Assembly (NCBI GenBank): GCA_964016885.1
Contig: OZ024740.1
Coordinates: 317,316,001-317,380,000 of the forward strand
Direction of reading: 5' to 3'
Source of the DNA: Eledone cirrhosa
Lineage: Eukaryota
Length of the DNA stretch: 64,000 nt
Part shown: positions 1 to 13,460 of the stretch, in pieces
How positions within the stretch are numbered: position 1 is the first letter of the stretch
Layout: each line of letters begins with the position of its first letter
The notes under the pieces: generated by a model
Seen by the model: only the letters and a program-made list of their open reading frames with translations
What the model was told of the DNA's origin: nothing
The model's database searches: none
Program-made: the position numbers and the translations under genes

Positions 1-567
1 TCCCAGTTGTGGTCACCCCATAGTGTCAAACTAACCACGGAACTTGAGGCAATCCAGCGAAGCTACACCAAGAGGATTGCCAAGATGAGGGAGACAAGCT
101 ACTGGGAGAGGCTAAAGGAACTGAACCTCTACTCCTTGGAGCGAAGACGAGAGAGATACACAGTGATCTACATGTGGAAAATCCTGGCATTGGGAGCTGG
201 ACCAACTGTCGAACAGGACGTCACTGTGTGGTGCCAAAGGTACCGTCTTCCACATCTAGAATAAGGAGCAGGTATTGCAATAGCCTGGGATTCAAGGGCC
301 CTCAACTCTTCAACAGGCTGCCGAGGGATCTGAGAGATTTGCATGACGTGGAGGTGGATGTCTTCAAGAAACATCTCGACACCTTGTTATCCAGGATTCC
401 GGATGAGCCCACAGCAAGACACGAGGGAAACCTAAGGGCAGCAGCAACAAACTCCCTCTTACATCAGTGGCCAACCTATACAGGCTGGAGATAAAATGTG
501 TAGCAACAAGGGCGGTGCCCCAGCATGGCCTCAGCCAGATGGCTGAACCAGGTAAAAGATTAAAAGA
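1..567 (+). mobile_element. 3' end of a CR1/L2-group LINE (frameshifted ORF2 C-terminus plus 3' UTR)
   Basis: Translation WSPH...LEAIQRSYTKRI...YWERLKELNLYSLERRRERY, then in another frame GPQLFNRLP...[17 protein letters not shown]...[11 protein letters not shown]; typical post-RT region of CR1/L2-group ORF2. Hairpin TCAGCC-AGAT-GGCTGA at 531-546 and two TAAAAGA units at the end. Confidence 0.85.
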
Positions 568-692
568 GTATATATATGTATATATATATATATGTGTATA
601 TATATATGTATATATATATATATGTGTCTATATATATATGTGTCTATATATATATGTGTCTATATATATATGTGTCTATATATATATATGTG

Positions 693-723
<31 letters not shown>

Positions 724-874
724 GTGTGTATATATATATATATGTATATATATATGTGTATATATATATATATATGTGTATATATATGTGTATATATATA
801 TATATGTGTATATATATGTGTATATATATATATATATGTGTATATATATGTATATATATATATATATATATGTG

Positions 875-921
<47 letters not shown>

Positions 922-927
922 GTATAT
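568..927. repeat. Interrupted (TA)n microsatellite
   Basis: Direct reading: TA with G/C interruptions. Confidence 0.98.
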
Positions 928-1279
928 TAGGCAGACCCAGAAAAACCTGGGACGACTTGATAAATTCCAACCTCACACACTTACACCTCTCCAAGACAAT
1001 GTCACTGGACCGAGATGTTTGGCGGTACACAGTAATAGAGAAGACCCACCTTACCTAAATACAAAGTAAAACCTACTACAGTCAGTAGGCACCTCTAACA
1101 AAATACAGCCCCGTCCCACTACCCCCACCCCATCCACACCACCCCTTTCAATGTAAAGTTATGTTGGTACCACAACATCCAGGCCGAAACAAATGAGGTC
1201 GTGTAGGTGTCACAACAAAAAAACACACAGTCCACGCTGTAATGTGGCCGTATAGGTAACACGGTAAAAACCTCCCAGT
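928..1279 (+). mobile_element. RTE-clade LINE 3' fragment
   Basis: [15 protein letters not shown]...[16 protein letters not shown] (stop at 1058) followed by a 3' UTR matching the reverse complement of the RTE copy at 30701-32551. Confidence 0.9.
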
Positions 1280-1846
1280 TGAGGCAAGAGTGATTGTCTT
1301 GCTCGCATAGGACTGTCTGGCAGGTTTTCTACAGTTGGATGCCCTTCCTAACACCAACCACATTTCCAGTGTGGGTCTGGGAGGTTGTTACCGTGTTGCC
1401 TACACGGCCACATTACAGCGTGGACTGTGTGTTTTTTTTGTTGTGACACCTACACGATCTCATTTGTTTCGGCCTGGATGGTGTGGCACCAACATAACTT
1501 TACATAGAAGAGGGCGGTGTGGATGGGGTGGGGGTCGGAGTGGTGGGACGGGGGTGTATTTTGTTAGAGATGCCTACTGACTGTAGTAGGTTTTACTTTG
1601 TATTTAGGTAAGGCGGGTCTTCTCTATTACTGAGTACCGCCAAAGGTCTCGGTCCAGTGACATTGTCTTGGTGAGGTGTAAGTGTGTGAGATCAGAGTTT
1701 ATCAGCTCGTCCCAGGTTTTTCTGGGTCTGCCTATTCCGTGGCTACCGTCTATCTTTATTGCCCTGCACTTTGTTATACAGCTATCGTCCTTCATGCGCA
1801 TCACGTGACCATACCAACGTAGCCTTCTCTCGAGTAAACAACAAAT
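1280..1846 (-). mobile_element. RTE-clade LINE 3' fragment, tail-to-tail with 928-1279
   Basis: Minus strand [26 protein letters not shown]...GRPRKTWDE...[16 protein letters not shown] plus 3' UTR. Confidence 0.92.
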
Positions 1847-4191
<2,345 letters not shown>

Positions 4192-4236
4192 TAAAAAGTA
4201 AACAGAAATTACAAAACAAACGACATAGTACATGGG

Positions 4237-4280
<44 letters not shown>

Positions 4281-4668
4281 TTGTGTGTGTGTGTGTGGCC
4301 ATTTTCTAACATCCATGTCCCAAGACTCGTTCCCCCTCTCCCTGTCTCTTCTACCTCCCTCTCTCACTCTCAGGAACAGTTATGTAGCTACCATTGCTGC
4401 CTCCATGTGCCTTTCTCATCATACTCTCCTCTCTATTACTACATCTCTTCACCCAGTTGAGGTCACAATGACCTTATGAGTGCTGGTGCAATCATAAAGT
4501 GCACCGTGTGCACTCTGTGAAGTGATCTACATAAGGAAGAGCATTCAGCCATAGAAACCATGTCAAATATGGAAGACATGAACAAAATGAGGTCGTTTCG
4601 ACCCACCTGGTCTCTGACTAGTGAAAACCTGTCAAACCCATGCCAGCATAGAAAGAAGATGTAAAATA

Positions 4669-4860
4669 ATAATTGTTTCTACTTTTGGCACAAGGCCAGC
4701 AATTACCCAGTGTATTACTGGTACTTCATTTTATCGACCCCTTAAGGATGAAAGCAAAGTTAACCTCGGCGGGATTTGAACACAGAATGGCAAGGGCCAT
4801 AACTCTATGCGTCAAAGCATGGCGTCTGACCTCCTACCGACACTGCCAATTCACCGCCTT
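4669..4860 (-). mobile_element. tRNA-derived SINE, family A (OR2/MetaSINE-like core)
   Basis: Minus strand GGCGGTGAATTGGCAG head, GTTCAAATCC B box, CTTTCATCCTTAAGGGGTCGATAAAATGAAGTACC core, GCTGGCCTTGTGCCAAAAGTAGAAAC-(ATT)n tail; many copies in the window. Confidence 0.8.
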
Positions 4861-5059
4861 TGTAAAATAATAATGATGACGGTTATTAATATATCATCAT
4901 CATTATTATCACCGTTTAATGTCCAATTTTTCATGCTAGCATGGGTTAGATGAGTTGTCCCATTGTGTAACAAGCCAGATAACAGTGTCTTGCTTATATA
5001 TATATATATAGCGGACGTAAAATGATGATGATACATATATATATATATATATATATGTA

Positions 5060-5230
5060 TCATCATCATTTTACGTCCGCTTTTCCCTGCTTTTCCCTAC
5101 AGCTGAGTAAACTGGAGCAATGTGAAATAAAGTGTCTTGCTCAAGGAAACCATACATCACCCGGTCTGAGAATGGAATTCACAACCTTTCGATTGAAAGC
5201 CCAATGTCCTAACCACTAAGCCATGTGCCT
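5060..5230 (-). mobile_element. tRNA-derived SINE, family B (RTE-tailed), internally deleted
   Basis: Minus strand TGGCTTAGTGG A box, CCTTGAGCAAGACACTT core and GGACGTAAAA(TGA)n tail; matches 21640-22015 and 36034-36376. Confidence 0.8.
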
Positions 5231-5235
5231 TTATA

Positions 5236-5272
<37 letters not shown>

Positions 5273-5302
5273 AGATCAAAAGATGGTTAAAGGAGTTCCA
5301 TG

Positions 5303-5373
5303 TATTTTATTATGCGCATTTCAAAAACAAACATCATCATGCAATAATATTTGTGTTTTCATCAGATAAAACA
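5303..5373 (-). ncRNA. Type I hammerhead ribozyme (minimal PLE type)
   Basis: UGUUUUAU-CUGAUGA-[long stem II]-GAAA-UGCGCA-UA-AUAAAAUA: stem I, conserved core, palindromic stem III, AUA cleavage triplet. Confidence 0.85.
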
Positions 5374-5496
5374 GGAGAACATGATATGAAGGCTAAAAAA
5401 CACTTGTGGATAGTGCAGTTTTAAATCAACATATCATATGTTGATTTAAAACTGCACTATCCACAAGTGTTTTTTAGCCTTCATATCATGTTCTCC

Positions 5497-5567
5497 TGTT
5501 TTATCTGATGAAAACACAAATATTATTGCATGATGATGTTTGTTTTTGAAATGCACATAATAAAATA
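5497..5567 (+). ncRNA. Type I hammerhead ribozyme (stem III palindrome mutated to TGCACA)
   Basis: CTGATGA 5505-5511, GAAA 5548-5551, TA 5558-5559, stem I partner ATAAAATA 5560-5567. Confidence 0.8.
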
Positions 5568-5796
5568 CATGGAACTCCTTTAACCATCTTTTGATCTTAT
5601 ATTATGTATACTCCAGTCCTACAAACTGTAGAGTGCTTCTTATCCGATATCTGCATTGCTTTATTGTACTACAATAAAACTCACCTCCTACATTATATAT
5701 ATATATATATTAGTTTCAGAAGATCCCGTTAAGGGTGAAAGCAGCGATTCTTTGCTTATATATATATATATATAGATATATATATATATATATATA

Positions 5797-6020
5797 GTAA
5801 TAATAATAAATTTGAAGACTAAATCCAAAGAGGGCTCGATAAGGATAAATATATATATAAGATATATAAGAACCGTAGAGCAAATATTTATTAAAATAAC
5901 AGATTAAAGTTTAAGCAAAGAATCGCTGCTTTCACCCTTAACGGGATTTTCAGAAGATCCCGTTAAGGGTGAAAGCAGCGATTCTTTGCTTAAACTTTAA
6001 TCTGTTATTTTAATAAATAT
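5797..6020. mobile_element. Palindromic hammerhead-like module (palindrome 5884-6020 plus left tail)
   Basis: 137-bp palindrome centred on 5952; arms read C(T/A)GAA(A/G)A-TCCC-GTTAA-GGGT-GAAA, a truncated hammerhead-like core; partial extra copy at 5714-5758; TA flanks. Confidence 0.65.
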
Positions 6021-6328
6021 ATATATATATATATATATGGTTATAAATAAATAATTAATATATCATCATCATCATTGCTTTAACATCCGCTTTCCCTGTG
6101 CAAGGATTGGACATATATATATATCATCATCATCATCATCAATTCCCATTTGTTTTTCCTGTTAGCAATAATATCTGGACAGGTCCTCCCAGACCAAGGC
6201 AGTACTCAAGCATAGTTCTCAGACAGGTCGTGAGCCTTCACCTCACTTATATATATTCTTGAGCAGCACTGAGTGAATTTTATCATGACATCACCACCAG
6301 AAAAGTTGTCATGACTTTAACACCACTG

Positions 6329-6390
<62 letters not shown>

Positions 6391-6692
6391 GTTGACTGAA
6401 GACATATGCTTTTTCTAATAAAAAAAATATAAATGTTCTTTCAATTCTTACCCTCTATCTTTCAATTTCATTTTGTGACGAAGGATTAGTACCCAAAACA
6501 AAGATTCCTTTTCTACACTATCAAGCATATTTATTCGTTGTACTGTGTTGCTTGCTTTGTTGTTTCCGTTTACTTTTTGAATACACATACTATATATATA
6601 GCTTGTCTAATGACAAGAGTAAAAAACCATAATAAAGAATATATATATATATATATTTTTAGTTATGTAAGTATATATATATATGCATATAT

Positions 6693-6862
6693 GAAGGCAC
6701 AGGAATTGTGTGCAGTTAAGAAGTTTGCTCTGCAATCACATGGTTTTGGATTTCATCTCACTATGGTTCATACTATAGCTTACTATTGTCTTCTATAACC
6801 TTGGAATAACAAATGATTTGTGAGAGAATCAGCTAGATGGAACCTTCATGGAAGCCCGTCAT
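6693..6862 (+). mobile_element. Degenerate tRNA-type SINE 5' part (family C, OK/OR1-like)
   Basis: GTTAAGAAGTTTGCT...CACATGGTTTTGGATTTCATCTCAC head and GGAAGCCCGTC end resemble cephalopod SINE heads from recall. Confidence 0.5.
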
Positions 6863-7800
6863 ACACATCATCATCATCATTTTACACCTACTTTCAATGT
6901 TTGGACATGTTTTGGCTAGTTTCAGACTAAATGTGTCAGATAAGCATGTCTTTCGCGTGTATTTCATTTTTGGCATGGTTTCTACTGCTTGATGTTCAAC
7001 TTAATGTCAACCACTTTACAGAGTGTACTGGATGCATTTTATCATAGTATTTGCATTTCATTTGTCAATAAAACCATACAGTGACTAAAAAAAAAAAGTG
7101 TACACTGTGTGTACGCTTTTACACACAGAACCCCTCCAACCTCTCCCCCTTCTCTCTGTCTTCCTTCACTCCCCAATCTCTCTCCCATCAGTTCCAACCT
7201 CCACCCAGTTTGTCACTATCTGCGCTTACTACCTCAAAGTTTGTTTATTCACCTCCCTTCCTAATGGTCAAACTTCCTCATTTTACAAGATGTAACCATT
7301 GAAACCACATCTGTTCTTCAGCTTGGTATTGTTTCTACACTTTTTCTCCTTCCTTATTCTTTTCTTACCATTACTTTGATAAATAATTCCACCATACACA
7401 CTTGTTCATATTTTTCTGCTAATATTTTGTCAACCATGTGACTTTTTTTTTCACTTTTTGTTTATTGTTTTAAACTTTCACATTTTAACTGTTTACTCCC
7501 CTGTCCTTTCATGTTATTTTTACCTATATATATATATATATATATGTTTTCAACAGTGTCTTAACTTAAGACCTATATATATATATTTATAAATATATAG
7601 TAGCGGCCAAATTTCTTGACACTTTCTTACACAGTTAATTCCTAATTAATATTTTGTTTAATAAACAAAATATTAATAACAATTATATTACTAAGATAAT
7701 ATAAAATACTCTGGTATATGGTAGCAAGTATGTATTTTGTTATTTTTAATTCAATAGCTGATCAACGTTGAGACACGAGGAATGAACCATCCACATTTGT

Positions 7801-8220
7801 CAGTCAATAAACATTGAGGAACTTATCGCGCCACTATTGGCAACCAATCAGTGTTGAGGAACATAGCACGCCACTATTGGCAGCCAATCAGAATTGAGAT
7901 ACTATTCACATCATTATTGACAGCCAATCAGTGTTGAGATACATATCACACCGCCATTGGCAGTCAATCAGTGTTAAGGAACATATCACACCACTACTAT
8001 CAGCCAATCAGTGCTAAGGGATTATTTACGCCACTATTATCAGCCAATCAGTGTTGAGGAACATATGACACCACTATTATCGGCCAATAAGTGTTGAGGA
8101 ATTATTCACACCACTATTATCAGCCAATCAGTGTTGAGGAATTATTCACACCATTATTGACAGCCAATCAGTGTTAAGACACATATCACACCACTATTAT
8201 CAGCCAATCAGTGTTGAGCA
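7801..8220 (+). repeat. 40-bp minisatellite, 11 copies, CCAAT-box containing
   Basis: CAGCCAATCAGTGTTGAGGAACATATCACACCACTATT-type unit starts at 7801, 7841 ... 8201 with an exact 40-bp period. Confidence 0.95.
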
Positions 8221-8416
8221 TCAATCATATCATTTCTGTTTACTGAGTAAACACTGATGTTACTTATATTTGAACTTGCCTTCATCATTTATCACCATGT
8301 CTAAGCAAAGAAAAAGGTATTGCTCTTCAAGAAGATGGATGTATCTTTCAACAAGTAACTAGAAGATTGAGAGAAATTGCAACAAAATTTAATGTAAGAC
8401 AGGCTTGCCAAACTTC

Positions 8417-8630
8417 TTAATCTTTTAGCATTTACTTTACTCTATATTTACTATTGTATTTTCACAGTAAAGGCTTTACCTCACATAATATTGTATCTAT
8501 GATTTTAATATCATTTATTTTGAGAACAATACTTTAACATCAGTATGAGTGGCCAGTTACAGCCAGTTTGAACAGAAAGAGGTGAGAGAATTCTGGCCAG
8601 ATACGGCCAGTTTAAATGTTAAAGGGTTAA
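8417..8630. mobile_element. piggyBac-like MITE nested in the Tc1 ORF
   Basis: TTAA-TCTTTTAGCATTTA ... TAAATGTTAAAGGG-TTAA: TTAA duplication and degenerate CCCTTT TIR. Confidence 0.7.
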
Positions 8631-9541
8631 AGAACATGATGCAGTCAAAACAAGAAGGATAAACAAAACCAATGAGCAGGATAAGCTAGGTGTCATTAGA
8701 TAAACTGATTATCAAATAACACAGAGAAATACAGCAAATGTTAGCAGCCAGGCACAGATACTTTGATGGAGGTCTTAAAACAAGATCACCAAGAAGAAGA
8801 CATTCCTGAATGTTCTTCAGAGAAGAAAATGTTTTTTTTTATGGGTAAGAGAATATAATGGATAAACAACAGATGAGCACAAAGTCATATGGAGAGATGA
8901 GATGATTTCAATTTCCTAAAGAAATGAATTATGTTAGTAGGTGCTGACCAATGAAGCATCCTTGTAATGTTGAGGGTTGTATATCTGGTTGTATTAAAAT
9001 TTATAAAATGACAAGAATCTATTTTGGAAACAAAATTACCTCCATTAGTTAGTGACATGTTTCCACATGATTTAGATGGGATAATTTTTCAGCAAGATGC
9101 TTAACCCATGCAAGAAAGGAAAGACTGACCTAAAAAGGATGATGATGATACTCCATGACATGCAGCAAAATTTCGTATGAAATATTTAAGAGAGCATAAA
9201 ATAAACCTTCTGTGATGGTTGGGAAAGAACCAATAGAAAATTTATTGTCAAGATTCAAGAATATTGGCTTCCAAACTGAGCAATAGAATTCAATTATTTC
9301 AAGGAATCATCAATGATTTTGAATAATAAATTCTGTCACCCAAATGTTGAGAAGAATTCAACAAAACATTATCCTACTAAATACTAATATTACATAGTCA
9401 AGCCATGTTGAAAACTGCTTCATTCACCCTCTAACCTAGCATTGACCATGGTATAGCTGGGCATAGGAGATCTTATTAGGAGTGTTTAAACTGAATTAAA
9501 GGATTTTGCATTATATAATGTTTCATATATTGCTAGTTTAA

Positions 9542-9575
<34 letters not shown>

Positions 9576-10926
9576 GTGCATTTTAGTATATTAAAATTAA
9601 ATACTCTCTCTCTCATATACACACATGCACACATATATATATATATTCTTGTATTCTTGCAGCAGCATATCTACAGAAACTAAGTATATGTCATCATTTT
9701 AGTTCTTCAAATTATATTTCCATTTCAATAAACAACTATAATATACCAAATATAAATTCATATAAAGTCTTTTGTGCAAACTTTAATTCATATACATTAT
9801 GAGTCCACAAAGACTTTATAATGACCCTGTAAAAACACAATGATAAGACAAAAACAGATATACTAAATTAGCGCTTGTTAGATACAATGATTGAGCAATT
9901 GTGTTGCTAAACGGTGAATTTTTGCTAATTTAGGGGGACATACAAACAGATAAACAGAGATTTAATAGTATATAATAAATATATGAGAATGGGAAAGAAA
10001 GAGAGATATATCATATTTATGCACATATCTGAGTATATATATGTACATTTGTATAAATATCTATATGCGTATATATATTTATATAACTATATCTGTTTGA
10101 ATACACACATCTGTGAATGTACACACACATATATGTACATATATATATATACATATGCATATATATATATATATATATTTATGTATGTATATGCATATAC
10201 ATGACTAATATGACTATAGAGTATATTGCAATGATAGTGTGTATGTATGTGTACACACATTTATTTGTTAGATCTAGATTTCTTTATACAAAATCACACC
10301 AGCGTAAAAGAAATATAAAATGTAAAACAAGGCAAAACAAAACCCATATATACATATATACACACATATATATATACATATATATATACATATATATATA
10401 CATATATATATATACACATACATGTATATACACACACATATATATACATATACACATGTGTGTGTGTATATATACACACACATATATGCACACATGTATA
10501 TATGTATGTATGTGCATTAGTTTAGCGCCAACCAAAAACTGCTCATTCAGTGGAACTAAAGAGATCAAAGAGACTGCATGTATAGACGATATAAAACAGG
10601 CCAGGCTGATTTATAATGGCAATAACAACAACAACAACAACAGCATCAACAAGAGTTAGGATAATAATTAATCTTCACTGAACCCCCTCCCTACCACACA
10701 ACTGTGTACTAGGAGCCTGTTTACCCAGACAAAGGCCCAAGTAACAAGATGAAGGAAGGCACCCAGACATGAGTAGTGGTGGTAGTAGTAGAAGCTAAAG
10801 GAAATGGTATGAAAGACTGGCATTAAATAAAGGTTAGGGAGTCGGTAAGATTTATACACACTCACATATATACATATACTTATTAAAATTATAGTAATAA
10901 CATTAATGAAAATAATTATTTCCCTC

Positions 10927-10939
<13 letters not shown>

Positions 10940-10959
<20 letters not shown>

Positions 10960-11169
10960 GTTTCTGATTTAAACACAAGACCAACGATTCTGGGGGAGGG
11001 AAAAGTCAATTAAATCGACCCCAGTTCCTAGTACTTTATTTTATGCACCCTGTAAGGATGAAAGGCAAAATTAACTTTGGTGGTATTCAAACTCAGAATG
11101 TAAAGAGACTTAACTATATGCCACAAATCATATTGCCTGACGCTCTACCGATACTGCCAATCCAGTCAA

Positions 11170-11209
<40 letters not shown>

Positions 11210-12665
11210 TTTCTACTTTTGGCACAAGGCCAGCAATTACCCCGGTACATTACTGGTGCTTTATTTTATCGACCCTGTAAGGATGAAAAGCAAAGTTAAC
11301 CTCGGTGGGATTTGAACTCAGAATGCAAAGAGCCATAACTCTATGCTGCAAAGCATGGTGTCTGATGCTCTACTAATACTGCCAAACCACCACCCTTAAT
11401 AATAATAATAATAATAACAATAATAATGCTTTGTAATTTACACACAAGACCAGCTATCTGTGAAGAAGGGAATCCAATAAATTGACTCCAGTACTTTACT
11501 GGTATTTCATTTTATCGATACTGGAAGGATGAAATCAATGCTGATCTTGGTGCTTTTTAAATTCTCAAAAGACAACAAATTTGTAGAAGAAGAATTATCC
11601 CCAATTGATCTTCCCCTCCTTCCAGTACACCGCCATACTTATTTCCTCCATATCCATTCTCCACAGGGATGAAAAGCAACATTGATTCAATAGGATCTTA
11701 ATCTAGGAAGTAGGGAAAGAAAACTAAATACAACAAACCATGCCACATTGATGATGATGATGATTGATTCTAACAGAAGCACAAGGCCATACATTTGTAG
11801 TATGATGTTTTGTTTGTTTGTTGGTTGTTTTTTTTTATCAACCTCCCAGTATTTGACTGGTACATAATGTTATCTACTCTGAAGTATGAAAAACAAAGTT
11901 GACATTGGCAGGATTTGAATTAAGAATGTAGGGAAAAAAAAAGAAACAGAACAAATACCGCAAGGTATTTCATCCAACCCTTTAATGGTTCCATCAATTG
12001 ATTGCCTGATAAGAATAAGAAGATTAAGAAGAAGAATAACAACAAATACAATACTGATTTATAGTTTAGGTGCAGAACCAAACATTTTGGGCTACTTGTT
12101 TTCACATATCTCAAAAGAGAAAAAACAAATTTGACCTTAGTATTTGAACTTGAAATATAAAGGGATGTAACAAAGCACCCAAAACTCATTTTATTTAGTA
12201 CTTTATTAATTTAGTAATTCACTGGTCTCTTTAATAATAGTTTCTAATTTAAGTAAAAGGCCAGAAATTTGGGAGGTGGGTTTAGTTGATTAAATTGAGC
12301 TCAGTATTAAACTGGTACTTTATTTTATTGAACTGAGATAGATGTCAGCAAAGTTTATCATTCTGGGATTTGAAATCGAAACAATGTCAGAACAAAATAC
12401 CACAAATTATTTTATCCGAAGCTGTAATGATTCTACTACCCACTACTTGTATGATAATTATTTTGCACATAGGCGAGAAATTTGTAGGGAACAAGCATTT
12501 AAAGTTTGTTGTATTGCTCGCAGGGCTTGACTAGTCCTTTATTTTATTGATCCTGGGAAGATGAATGGAAAAGTTCATTCTGGTAGGATTTGAACTCAGA
12601 AAGTATAGGGCCATAACTAAACAGCCAAACACATTTTGCCAGATGCCCTAACAATTCTGGTGGTC
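10940..12665 (-). mobile_element. Head-to-tail array of about 8 family A SINE copies of differing divergence
   Basis: Repeated CACAAGGCCAGC ... GGTACTTTATTTTATCGACCC ... GGATGAAAGGCAAAG ... GGATTTGAACTCAG blocks separated by (TAA)n-like spacers. Confidence 0.8.
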
Positions 12666-13199
12666 TGTTTCGACTTGAAGCCGTTATAGAGACAGAGGTT
12701 AAGATTAGAAAACCAACCGACATATAGTGAATGTCATGTGTTAAATTATAGGCCAGAGAAAGAGAGATGTACTTACTATATGGCAGATATAACTTATATT
12801 TTCGGTACTAGATATTCCCACACATGCTTCCTAGCAAACACACACACACGCGCACCTTAATATACTTAAGCACATACTAATGCTTCGGTGTATCGAAAAC
12901 ACACGCATGTAAAAATCAAACCAAAAATGGAATTTTTATGTGGTCACTCAACTTGCTAGAAATAGCAGCCAGGTTTTCTTCAAATTATACCCTGGTGTCT
13001 GAAAAATTGAAGGGAAGATTAGATAGATATAGATAAAAAAGCAAAAAAAAAAAAAAAAAAAAAAAAAGTAAAAACCTGAGAAGGTCACATCTGGAATGTC
13101 TCGATCGGTGCTGACCTGGCACTAAACAACTTCACTTACGCAAACTTCTACATACATACAGACACTGATATTCACATACACACGCACAGGCATAAAGAT

Positions 13200-13460
13200 A
13201 CACACACACACTCACCAGCATGCGCAGACACTGGTATGCACACACACTCACCAACATGCGCAGACACTGGTATACACACACACACACACACACACTCACC
13301 AACACGTGCAGGCACTGGTATGCAGATGCACACACACACACACACACTCACTCACCAACATGTGCAGGCACTGGTATGCAGATGCACACACACACTCACT
13401 CCCCAACATGTGCAGGCACTGGTATGCAGATGCATACACAAACACACACACACACACAGA
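13200..13460. repeat. CA-rich minisatellite, about 5 copies
   Basis: CTCACCAACATGTGCAGGCACTGGTATGCAGATG-(CA)n unit. Confidence 0.85.

Larger units (their letters stand above)
5265..5695. mobile_element. Palindromic PLE pseudo-LTR module (341-bp palindrome 5265-5605 plus ~90-bp tail)
   Basis: Arms are complementary except one position, with a single central base at 5435; the right arm is homologous to 40508-40680 at the end of the GIY-YIG element; (TA)n on both sides. Confidence 0.88.
7598..9387 (+). mobile_element. Decayed Tc1/mariner transposon with transposase pseudogene
   Basis: Left end TAGTAGCGGCCAAA after TA; ATG at 8297; remnants GLKTRSPRR (~8771), IFQQD (~9084), NPIENL-like AACCAATAGAAAATTTA (~9228) and terminal YPTKY* (9370-9387). 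Right TIR not found. Confidence 0.7.

Noticed and set aside
6470-6590. Possible decayed PLE end (GTGACGAAGG..CCCAAAAC), similar in part to 4190-4240 (minus)
   Set aside because: Both core halves are mutated; the family cannot be supported.
7801-8220. 40-bp periodic array as a CRISPR
   Set aside because: Whole units are homologous; there are no unique spacers.
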